Source: Zancudomyces culisetae HAW-14-8
Taxonomy: Eukaryota > Fungi > Kickxellomycota
Assembly: GCA_052426225.1 (NCBI GenBank)
Contig: JBNJNM010000014.1
Span: forward strand, 372,001-436,000
DNA length: 64,000 bases
Direction of reading: 5' to 3'
The notes beneath the pieces were generated by a model, which ran no database searches, was not told the DNA's origin, and was given only the letters and a program-made list of their open reading frames with translations. Below, piece after piece: positions 25,827 through 36,706 of the stretch (positions within the stretch are counted from its first letter, which is position 1; each line of letters begins with the position of its first letter). A program made the position numbers and the translations under genes.

Positions 25827-27443
25827 TTAATCTAGTCTTTGGAGAAGATATTCAACTTCGACTTTCTTGGTAAGTGGGATAATGTAGTCACGGTATAGTT
25901 GTACAACAGTGTCAGAACTAACGCGTAATCCACTGGAAGTATTCGACAAAGGATCTTGGGTCTGGGTCTGAGTCTGGGTGGAGACGCTCAAATCCTGTCC
26001 AAAGATTTCACACTTGGTTCTTACACGGTCTAAAAGTTTTTTTTCAACATTGGAATCGGTAAGAAGTTCCATTATGGCGTCCCGATCTTTGTTTTTGATG
26101 AGCTCAATGTATTTCTCTTGGTATTTTGGATCAGTGAATTTCGATTCCGCAACAAACTTTCCTAAAAACAAAATAAAATAATATGGCAAAACAGTTCTCA
26201 AACATGAATCCCAAATACAAAAAAAAAAGATTTGTAAGGGATCAATAGGTTGTCTCAAATTGATAGAAAACATGGTATTGTAGATGTTGAACCCATAGAA
26301 GAGATCGTAATTCAATATAAAGTAAAAGAGGGAGAGGGAGAATCAGAATGAGAATGAGAAAGAGTGTGAGAATATAAAAATATATATTTACCATAATGAA
26401 TTCTTCTTGACAAGGCTTGCAAACACTCGATATCTCTTGTAGCTGAACTTCCATAATTCGAGTCATCACCAGGCTTTGAAATACGAGGTACAACAAAGTC
26501 AAGGTATATAGCTTTGATTTCGTCATTCACGTTGATAAGTTTACCCTGTTCGTGTAGGTGGGATGGATAGTCTAGCGGTTCTAGGACAGGTGTGGTGGAT
26601 GTTTTGGTAAATGGATACTCGTCAGGGCTATTATTTAGAATAAAAAATGAAAAATTTGCTACCGAGATAACCGGGGGGGTGGAGAGGAATAGTGTTTAAT
26701 TTATATACATATACATATACATATAATGGTAATGGTTTATTTAAAAGTTGTAATTTGTAGCGTATAATATATTGAATATGTGATGGGTTTTTCTTTATAA
26801 ATAGGTTTAGTAATTGGAACCTGTCATTTTCCCCTACTAACCAAAAATGTGTGTGTGAGTGTTTTTAGTATTACCTTTGATATCTTCTTACTTTGGCTGT
26901 GAATATACAAATAATACATAACGAGCGGAGATGAGTAAGGTAAATTAGATTTCTTTTAATATAAACATGACAGAAAGGTTAGAAAATATGTAAATATATA
27001 TATATATATGTAGATTGGACAGTGCTTACCATGAACGTTTTCGACTTCTAACAAGAACCATTCCAAAAAGGAACCCTGGAATCCATCGGCAAACTTGATA
27101 ATATTGGGTTTATAAATGCTGGAGTTTTGTGCGAATTGTGATCTTTCAATCAAGCCTTAAAAGTATGGTTGTGAAATTTGATTAGTACAAAAGTATGATA
27201 TGATTGGAAAGAACTATAAGAGTGAAAAAGAAAAAAAAGAGGGGGGAGGGGGAATGGGAATGGGTAGAAGTAAAAGTAAAAGTTAAAGCGAAATAAAAAA
27301 TGAAAGAGAGAGAGAGAGAACGTGACCGACTGGGGGGAGGGGGGAGGGGGGGACTTACTGAAAATTATAGTATCTTCTAGGCGGATTAAGGTATCCCTAA
27401 GCGTTGCTAAAGAGATAGGGCCGGATATTAATAAGTTTGCCAT
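25827..27443 (-). CDS. ARO7: Chorismate mutase (eukaryotic Aro7 type), 5 exons including a 22-nt microexon
   Basis: LRDTLIRLEDTIIF / LIERSQF / microexon 26875-26896 (AKVRRYQ) / SPDEYPF...NYGSSATRDIECLQALSRRIHYG / KFVAESKF...IIPLTKKVEVEYLLQRLD. Confidence 0.95.
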
Positions 27444-28443
27444 CTTGGAATTACAATTGAATATTATTAAATCTGTATAAAAAAGAGAGAGAGAGAGAGA
27501 AATGGGGTCAAGGGTAAAGTATTTTATTCTAAAATAGAGTTTTTGTTTGTTATGCTTAGTTTAAAAGTATAACCAAAAAAAAAAGCTCAGAATACTTTTT
27601 AAAAGGGAAGTGTGTGGGTATGTGTATGTGTATGTATGTATGTACATATGTGTGTGGGATAGGTGGATAATAAAAATTAAAAAAAAGTAAAAAAAACGAA
27701 TCAAACTGGATGGGATTATTGATGTGATTTAAAATGTAAATCACAAGCAAATGTAAATGAAATGCGTGGAAAAATGTAAGGGTGAGAAGATAGATAAAGT
27801 TGAATAAAAGGAGGAAGCAAAGAACGGGAGAAAGTGAAGGGGTGTGAGGAAGGTGGGTGGGTGGGGGGAGGGGATGGAAAAAAAAAAGAACCAGGATTTT
27901 GTTTCAGGATTTTATTTTCTTGGGGATTTATAAATTTGTCGTCAATTTAATCGAAAAGTATGCTTAGATCAAGTGTGTCTGTGATTCATGTATAAACAGA
28001 TAGAAAAAAAAAAGCCAGGTATAAGCAAAAAGAAGGGAGAAAAAGAAAGAAGAGCAAACAAAAGGAGAGTTGGGTAATAAAGGTATAACAACCAAAAAAC
28101 CAAGCTTAGTGTCATGTTGAAACTACAACTTTTTTTTTATCGTGGGTTTATAAATCAAATAGTTATAAATTCTAGATACAAATGGTAATAAATTAAGAAA
28201 GATAATGTGGATGAAATCAAGAAAGAAAGAGGTTAATGGTGACTAAGAACCGTATTTTTTTATATATATAAAATTTAGCTCATATTCTCTTTGTATTTTC
28301 TATTTTCTCCTTTCTTTTTGCGAGTTAAGGTTATAATAGTCAAGTTACATCAAGTTATCACTTTCCCTGCTTCTCTAGAGTTTGGCAGATTGGTGTGGGA
28401 AAGAGAAAGATGAAGAGAAAGAGATGTACTTTCTTATAGCTGA

Positions 28444-28612
28444 CTAGGAAGAAGAGGTGAAAGATTGCCACGATTTATAGTCGGCAAACAGTCTAGAATA
28501 CAAGAATTTTGACTGTTCCTATGAATTTAGTATATGTGAAAATGTGTAAAGAAAGTGAAGGTAGTAGGAGGGGGTGGGGAGTGTGGGAGAGAGTGTTAAA
28601 AGACAAGTTTAG

Positions 28613-28643
<31 letters not shown>

Positions 28644-28996
28644 TACATGGTCAAGAGATTTGAATTTTTCGAAATCGGTTCGAATCCATGTTCGGTAATG
28701 AGCTTTGGTCTCGATATCCGATAATTCTATAGTATAACAGAATAGTGGTAAGAATAATGGTTTATTTTGATTTTGATGGTGGTGATGGTGGTCAATAGGA
28801 TAAAATATCTTTGACTTACTATTTACACAGCGAATGTAGTCACGGTATAAATGCAAGATTCTTGCCCTCAAGACAAACTATTTTTTTTAGGAGGGAAAGA
28901 CAAAGTTGGAGGTTAGTTGTCAAGAACAACGAATGTGGTAGGATGTGATGGTATGCGACTTACATGCTTTAGTGACAAGTTTGGGTTCTTAATCAT
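28444..28996 (-). CDS. LYR-motif protein (LYRM2-like), 4 short exons
   Basis: The spliced product MIKNPNLSLKH|FVLRARILHLYRDYIRCVN|KLSDIETKAHYRTWIRTDFEKFKSLDH|EQSKFLYSRLFADY... has the LYR motif and the downstream conserved F. All introns are GT-AG. Confidence 0.8.
28606..28640. repeat. (AGTTT)n microsatellite, about 7 copies, in the last intron of the LYR gene
   Basis: Direct reading of the sequence. Confidence 0.85.
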
Positions 28997-29166
28997 TCTG
29001 TAAAAAAAAAAATGATGTTATGCTTGAGTTTGCATTATTATTTATTATTTATTATTTAGAAATTAAAGAAAACGAAAGAGAAAAAAAAGAAAAAGATCAA
29101 AAAATTAAAATAAATTAAAAAAAAGGAATGGGAGGAGAAAAATAAAAGAGGAGGATAGTTTTCAGA

Positions 29167-30864
29167 TTACATTCGTTCTAGAGGTCTAAGACCCAATAGT
29201 CTCAAGGTGTTTCCAAGAGTGTATCTAGCACAAACATAGAGCAACAATCTAGCAGCGGCAACATCAGGAGCCTGGTTAACAACCCAGAGAGAATCCCAAG
29301 CGGCACTAACAGCGTGGGAAAGCTTGAGAGCGTATTGGACAAAGTTGCAAGGCTCAAGAGTAGACATGGAGGAAGAAACAAGATCGGGGTATTTGGCAAT
29401 GAGATCGATTATGGTAAAGGCTTCAGGCTCAGAGAGAAGAGAGTAGTCGATTTCGGAGGTAAGAGGAACGGAGTCGGCGACTTTTCGTTCAACAGAACAG
29501 AGTCTGGCATGAGCATATTGCAAGTAAGGACCAGTATCACCCTCAAAGGACAGCATACGAGACCAATCAAAAGTATAGTCCTTGATTCTGCGGGCATAGA
29601 GATCTTGGATAACGATGGCAGAGACAGCGACAGATTCAGCAACGTATTGAGGATCGTCGATTTGCTCGTACTTGGACTGGTTCTGTTTCATCAAATCGTG
29701 AACAGCTTCGGTGGTTTGGTCGAGAATGTCACTCAAAAAGACAACAGTGCCCTTTCTGGTACTCATACCCTTGACCAGACCATAGTTGACGTGTTCCATT
29801 TTGCCAGCATATTCGAATCCCATCAGATCAACAATCTTGAACAGCTGTTTGAGGTATTGGTCCTGCTGCGATGACACAATGTAGAATGACTTGTCAAAGT
29901 GGTACGTTTGGTATCGTTCATACGAAGCTCCCAGATCTCTGGTTAGGTACAATGTGGTTCCATCCTTCTTTCGGACTACTGCCACTCCCAACTTGAACTT
30001 CTCCAAGTCAACAATCTTTGCACCATTGGAATCCTTGAGCAGTTCCTTTTCCTCCATTCGCTTTTGCACAACTTCAATGCCTTCCTTGACTGTTGATTCT
30101 CCTGAGTATACATCAAAGTGGATGTTTAGCTTGTCGTATGTCTGCTTGTACTTTTCTATTGACAGAGTACGGAATCGGCTCCACAGTGCCAATGCCTCTT
30201 CGTCTCCCTCTTCCATCTTTCGGAAGTATTCGCGCGCTTGGTCGTGAATTGTTGGGTCTTCTGTTGCGTCATTGTTGATTTTTACATACACATCAAACAA
30301 GTGTTGGATTGGATCGCGTTCCAAATCGCTCTCGTTTCCATATTTGGTATATCCAACTGCCAACAATCCGTACTGCTTGCCCCAATCTCCCAAATAGTTG
30401 ATTGTTGTTGTGTCCCATCCATTGGCCTTGTGCAGATTTGCTACAAAGTTTCCAATAATTGTACTTCTCAAGTGTCCTGCATGGAAAGGTTTGGCAATAT
30501 TTGGACTGCTGAATTCTACCAACACTTTTTTGCCTGCACTGTTTTGGTTTTCTCCATACTTTTCTCGTTTTTGGAATACCTCTCTCAATACCGCCTGCTT
30601 AAGCTTTTCTTTATTGATACTAAAGTTCAAAAATGGTCCAATTGCCTGTGATCCGGTTATCAGCTCACCAGTCTTGACCTTTTCTGCATATTCCTTGGCC
30701 AATTGTACTGGGTTGCCCTTTATTCTCAATCTTGGTATTGCTACTGCCAAATCTCCGTGGTCTGCTACTTTTGGTGCTTCTATTGCCCCCAAAATCACTT
30801 GCTTGTCAACTCCTGATAATTCCGACAATTGAGTCGCTACCGCATCTTTGTATTCTTTAAACAT
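29167..30864 (-). CDS. Arginyl-tRNA synthetase (class I); an ATG-less in-frame N-terminal extension continues to about 31137
   Basis: EFSSPNIAKPFHAGHLRSTIIG (HIGH equivalent), NYLGDWGKQ, DGTTLYLTRDL, GMSTRKG (KMSKS equivalent), GPYLQYAHARLCS, C-terminal LERM. First ATG at 30864. Confidence 0.97.
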   Translation of the reverse strand: MFKEYKDAVATQLSELSGVDKQVILGAIEAPKVADHGDLAVAIPRLRIKGNPVQLAKEYAEKVKTGELITGSQAIGPFLNFSINKEKLKQAVLREVFQKREKYGENQNSAGKKVLVEFSSPNIAKPFHAGHLRSTIIGNFVANLHKANGWDTTTINYLGDWGKQYGLLAVGYTKYGNESDLERDPIQHLFDVYVKINNDATEDPTIHDQAREYFRKMEEGDEEALALWSRFRTLSIEKYKQTYDKLNIHFDVYSGESTVKEGIEVVQKRMEEKELLKDSNGAKIVDLEKFKLGVAVVRKKDGTTLYLTRDLGASYERYQTYHFDKSFYIVSSQQDQYLKQLFKIVDLMGFEYAGKMEHVNYGLVKGMSTRKGTVVFLSDILDQTTEAVHDLMKQNQSKYEQIDDPQYVAESVAVSAIVIQDLYARRIKDYTFDWSRMLSFEGDTGPYLQYAHARLCSVERKVADSVPLTSEIDYSLLSEPEAFTIIDLIAKYPDLVSSSMSTLEPCNFVQYALKLSHAVSAAWDSLWVVNQAPDVAAARLLLYVCARYTLGNTLRLLGLRPLERM

Positions 30865-31668
30865 CTTTGATTCTTGGTATTCTCTTTTACCTTCTCTAAT
30901 TGCTGTGCTTAGCCTGCTATATCTTCTTGTACTGATACTACTGTATGCCGCTTGCTGGATATGGGTATAGTAGCTTATTACTATTCCTACGCCTTTGAAT
31001 CGTCTCGTTTGGTTTTTTATAGGATCTTTTAGCCCTGCTAGCACTCGTATTCCGCTAAGTAAAGTTGCCAGTTTATCTAATTTTTTTTTAACAAATAGTT
31101 TATAACCTGTTATGGTTGGAAAGGTTTTTTTGTTTATTTATTTATTTATTTTTACTATGTTGTACTTTGCTATTAAGATCTACATTAACCTTTTTTTTTT
31201 CGAATTGCCAGATTGTTATTTAAAAAAAATTAAATTATTATAGGATTGGATTATTGGCAACCTATCATTTAAAACAAAAGCCGTAATTTAAGTGTCTAAC
31301 TATATTGTAATAATCAGCAATCACTCAACCACACCTCCCAAAAATAATAATAATAATAATAATAATAATAAGCATAACCATAATCAGAAAAAAAAATTTT
31401 TTTTAGCTTGTTTTTCTTTGCAAGGTTGCCTGGAATCTCGGCAATTGCCCTTAAAATTAAAAACCATTCTCCCCAAAAAATTAATAGAAAAAAATTTTTT
31501 TTCTTTCCATTCTCCTATCCAACTTCAACGTAAGCAGCTTGTTGAGGCTAAAAATAATGGAACAATGGGCAATCAAAAATGTGGTAAATCGTGTCAAAAA
31601 TTCAAAATTTATTAGAAAAATATCTTTGGCTGGTAAATAGAATAGGCACTTAAAAAATAAAAGGAAAA

Positions 31669-33108
31669 CTATTGGTCTTGATCCATTTGTTGGCCATACT
31701 CATCTTCCTGCATGGCATTTTCGTCATAGTTTCCGGCACTAAAGTCGTCCTCAGCAGTGGCTTCCTGGTATTGCTGGTATTCTGAGATGAGATCGTTCAT
31801 GTTTGATTCAGCTTCAGTGAATTCCATTTCGTCCATACCTTCATCAGTGTACCAATGCAAAAAGGCCTTGCGTCTGAACATAAGAGAGAATTGTTCGTTG
31901 ACACGCTGGAAGAGTTCTTGGATGGCAGTGCTGTTTCCTACAAAAGTAGCAGCCATAGACATACCGACAGGAGGAATGTCACAAACGGCAGTCTTGACGT
32001 TGTTAGGAATCCATTCAACAAACATTGAAGCGTTCTTGTTTTGAACCTGCAGCATTTGGTGTTCAACCTCGTTGGTTGAGACTCTGCCACGGAACATGGC
32101 AGCAACGGCAAGGTATCTTCCGTGGCGAGGGTCAGAGGCAGCCATCATGTTTCGTGAGTCAAACAATTGCTGGGTAAGCTCTGGAACTGTAATGTTTCTG
32201 AAAGATGCGTTCTTGGTATCACCCAATGGTGCAAATCCAACCATAAAGAAGTGCAGACGTGGGAATGGAACCAGGTTGACTGCTGTCTTGCGCAAATCTG
32301 AGTTGAGTTGTCCTGGGAAACGCAATGATGTCGTGACTCCTGACATAACCATTGATACCAATGCGTTGAGATCATCGTATCCTGGGTCCTTCAACTTCAG
32401 TGTTTTGAAGCAGATATCATATAGCGCCTCGTTGTCAATACAGAAGGTCATGTCTGAGTTTTCAACCAACTGGTGTACTGACAGTGTTGCGTTGTATGGC
32501 TCTACAACTGTGTCTGAAACCTATTTATTCATTTTTTTTTCGTCAATCCTGTCTCACATATTATTAATTCCTTCTTGTTTTCTTACCTTTGGTGATGGAA
32601 CAACTGAAAATGTGCTCATCATACGGTCTGGGTATTCCTCTCTGATTCTTGAGATCAAAAGTGTTCCCATTCCTGCTCCTGTTCCTCCTCCCAATGAATG
32701 TGTAATCTGGAATCCTTGCAGCGAGTCTGAGTTTTCTGCCTCCTTGCGCACAACGTCCAACACCTGGTCTACAAGCTCTGCTCCTTCGGTATAGTGTCCC
32801 TTTGCCCAGTTATTTCCTGCTCCGTTCTGTCCGAAAACAAAGTTGTCTGGTCTAAATAGTTGTCCAAAAGGTCCTGATCGCACTGCCTCCATAACTCCTG
32901 GTTCCAGATCAACCAACACTGCGCGTGGAACATATTTGCCCTGTGCTGCTTCGTTATAATACACATCTATTCTGTCCAGCTGCAAGTCATTGCCTCCTGC
33001 ATACACTCCGTTGTTTTGGATTCCGTGTTCTGCCGATATTGTTTCCCAGAACTTGACTCCGATCTGGTTACCGCACTGTCCGGTTTGCAAATGAATAATT
33101 TCTCTCAT
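31669..33108 (-). CDS. TUB2: Beta-tubulin, one intron (32521-32586)
   Basis: MREI N-terminus, GGGTGAG signature, VVEPYNATL, acidic C-terminal tail. Confidence 0.98.
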
Positions 33109-35582
33109 CTTTATCTTTCTATTTACAATTATTTACTTTAGTGTTATTCAATTTTGCCTTCATCTTTTGTTACAATCCTGTTTTCGAGATGTGTAATGTA
33201 TATTTCTCTCTTCACCAAGCTTCATCTCAGTTCATTTTTCTTTCAACAAAAAAAAAGAATATCCCTACTCCCTTCTCCTACCCACAATCTCTTCAAAAAA
33301 ATTAAAATGCAAGAAAAGATTCTAATCTTCTCTTTTCCCCTCTTCTCCTCTCATCTTTAACCAGAACCCTAACTTGAATATTGAACCTCTTACCTTTGTT
33401 GATTTTGCTTTTGGTAAACTATTAAATCCTTTTTATTCAGCAAAGTACAAAATGCTTGTTTTTCTTTTCTGAAAAAAAAAACTCTATTACCACTCAAGAA
33501 CTATTATTAAAAGCGATAATGAGACAATTTTTTTTTATATTACTCCTTCATTAAAGGCCAGTTTTTTTTTCTCTACAATTTTTTTTGTTTATTTTTTTTT
33601 AGCTTGAACTAAAAGCCGTTTGTAATTTTGGCTTAAAGAATCTCCCATCCTCTCTCTATCCCCCCACCCCACTCCACCCACTTTCAACCCTTTTTTTAGC
33701 TTGCTTTTTATTTATTATAGAGTTTATGATGAATGTACATTTACAATTTTATGTGTGCCTATTATTTTTGTTTTTGTTTTGGTTTTTGCTTTTGTTTTGG
33801 TTTTGGTTTATGCTCTGGTTTTTTGTTTGTTTCTAAATTCAACCATTTTTATCTCAATTTCTTGAATAATAAAACCCCAATTGTACATGCAATACTATCT
33901 TCTTTTTTTTTTCTCTCTGAAAGGCTCATCAAAAACTCGACAACACATTATGCTTTTTTTTTTCGTCAGTTTTTGTTTTCTTTTTTTTTCATGAACGAAT
34001 AACAAAACCAAAAGTAATGTCGAATTTCCTATTTATTTGCTGGCGGAAATTTCTTGTGCAGTATTGATTTGTTTACGTTTTAGTAATCTCTCTTTTATAC
34101 ATGGAAATTATTTCATTATTAGCCCAATAAAAAGATTATGTTTCATTTCCTCACCTCAACATCATCTAATTAATTGACTAGTTTTTTTGCTTTTTTTTGG
34201 TATGCTTTTCGGAATACTGGCTTTTTTCTTGAATTTTATTAATTTTCATTTTCACTTTTATTTTAATTTTTTTAAGAAACAGCCGAGTTCGCTTGCCCAC
34301 TAAGGCACTTGAAGCTTTTAAAATAAAAGATATAGGAAATTAAGAATATTCCATATAAAAAAATTTTTTTTTAGTTGGTCGGCTTGTCCTTAATCTATTC
34401 TTTTAATATAATCACCGCCGTTTTTAATTTGCCAGTCAAAAAAAAACCCTACTTTACATATCGGTATGCTTTTCCGCATGCTTACTCCACCTATTCCTCC
34501 CATCCACCCTCACAGAGTAGCGTTCAGGTTTACAAATACTTTACCATTCCAAATCAATTCTCCTCCTCCTCCTCCGCTTCCCCAAACTCTTCAGAATTGC
34601 TTCAGTAAAATCTAACCTTTTGTTAGCGCTCAATACGCCATTTTAGGGCCAATTTATCCCGCCCGCATAATTTGAAGACAAAGCCAATAGACTACCTCTT
34701 AGACTTGCTGTATAAACCCAGCTCAATTATTAAATGGAAAGTGTGTTCTTGGATATACTTTCCAGTTTGCCCCTTTAAGAAATATCAAGAATAACTCGGT
34801 TGTAACCAAAACGAACAAAACTGTATTCAATTGAGCCAATGTATATGGCTTTTTAGTACTAATGGCAACATTACATATTTTTTATTCCTATTAACACCCG
34901 AGTACATATATGTAATACACCCGTTCTCCACTGTTTTTATTCCGTAAAGAGGCTCAAATAGTACAAAAGAATACAAAAAAAGCTGGGTGGTTAAATTCTA
35001 ATTTATTCTCAACAACAGAAATTATTAACCCTGCTGATTATTTCAATTTGATATTTATTTCTTTTAACATCCACAGTGTTTAACACTTATGTGGTATACA
35101 TTAGATGTCAGTAACAAAGGCGTGCTGAGTTTACCCGCTTTTTCTTGACACAAGTTTATACTAAATCGCATTCATCCAAGCATTAATGTAGACTGGTCGT
35201 TAATCATATCTGACTCTTGATTTCAACGTACAGATGCAAATTAGTAAAATATTGATATTATTTGCGTTTGATACAAAACTCCTTTATATAGATCAATGAT
35301 GGTAATATCATATGAATACTATTGACTAAATTTCACCAGCATCATCATCAATATCATCAGTATCATCAAGATATGTACTCTACTCATCATACTTTAACCA
35401 TACATTTTACGAGTTACAAAAAAGAAATGACTGGATCAAAAAAAATAAAAATACATAGTATAATTTCCAAGTTTATCTATATCCTGAATAATATTAGCAA
35501 ACAAAAGAAAAACAAATTAATCTAATATTTCAGCTCTTTTATATCACAACAAACGAGATAGTATACTTAAAAAAAAAAAAAA

Positions 35583-36590
35583 ATGTTGGCAAAAAGCAGG
35601 TTGGTTTTAAAAAACTGCACCGGAATCCCACGCATTCATCTAAAACACAGAAACATCCCTAAAAAAGCACAAATAGCAGCAATAGCAGAATCAACAAGTT
35701 TCAACTTCTCGACTCAAATCTCCAATAAAAACAAAGGCACAACCGCCGTATCTGACAATGACGGTAATAAATGGGAATTGGTTTTTACGTTACCATTAGC
35801 CAAGAACATCAAGGGCTTTACGATATTTAGTAGCACCATAACACTGGGAACCATAACTGTGCTTCCATACGTATTGCACATGAATTCTTCGGGCTTTGCT
35901 GATAGTGTCCTCACTGGAATAGCTAGTGATGCTGGTGGAAGTTCTATGTTACTGGCAGGATTTTTAGGAATAATTGGTTCTTTTATTCCAATAACTTTTG
36001 TCAGGTTGTGGTGTAAAGATTTGGTTTTGAAGGTATACATGAAAATCAATGATAATAATGGCAATACTAATAGCAACAAGCTTCTTCAATACAAACGATT
36101 AAACGATAGGGAGCTAAACAAGATATTATCAACCAGCGAGGGTGCCGACAATATGGAGTTATTGATTTACACATACAGAATGTTCAATACTCCAAAAAAA
36201 CATATTGTTAAAGTAAACGAAATTTATCCAGCCAGATATTTTGATTTTAAACAAAAAAGTCATGCCACCAAAGCTGAAGGTAACAGTGCAAATACCAGTA
36301 CCAGTACCAGTACCAGTACTAGCAAGAGCAGCTACAACCAAAAACAATCACAACCAACTCAAACGAGAACAAAACAGGGAGAGACAGTCAGGTGGGTGTT
36401 TCCAACTATTGTCAATAGTAAGGGCAAAGGAAAAGGAAAAGACGAACAAGTCAGTCTCAAGATGGACAGCGGATTTCTCTTTAGACAGTTTATCAATAGT
36501 AACAGCCTTCTTAAAGCAATAAATCGGAGGGTTGAAATGAAGGAGATGGGAGGCAAGAGTGTTGATAAAATTATGGATTTCAAATATTAG
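35583..36590 (+). CDS. Mitochondrial inner-membrane protein, TMEM70/TMEM186/TMEM223-like
   Basis: Basic presequence-like N-terminus and two TM helices in the pattern LVFTLPLAKNIKGFTIFS-TM-TM-KDLVLKVY...IYTY, resembling the TMEM70 family layout. Confidence 0.55.
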   Translation: MLAKSRLVLKNCTGIPRIHLKHRNIPKKAQIAAIAESTSFNFSTQISNKNKGTTAVSDNDGNKWELVFTLPLAKNIKGFTIFSSTITLGTITVLPYVLHMNSSGFADSVLTGIASDAGGSSMLLAGFLGIIGSFIPITFVRLWCKDLVLKVYMKINDNNGNTNSNKLLQYKRLNDRELNKILSTSEGADNMELLIYTYRMFNTPKKHIVKVNEIYPARYFDFKQKSHATKAEGNSANTSTSTSTSTSKSSYNQKQSQPTQTRTKQGETVRWVFPTIVNSKGKGKGKDEQVSLKMDSGFLFRQFINSNSLLKAINRRVEMKEMGGKSVDKIMDFKY

Positions 36591-36706
36591 CATGTTTAAT
36601 GTAATAGATTTTAGAGATAAGAACACATTAAAAAAAAATAAAAGCGATTATAAATATAACAAAAACCCTAGAAAAAAACTTTAAACCCAATGAAAAGGTG
36701 CAGCCG

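Noticed and set aside
27962-27976. GCTTAGATCAAGTGT matching part of U2 snRNA
   Set aside because: The branch-pairing GTAGTA is missing, and the U2 5' stem and Sm site are not found. At most this is a fragment or a chance match.
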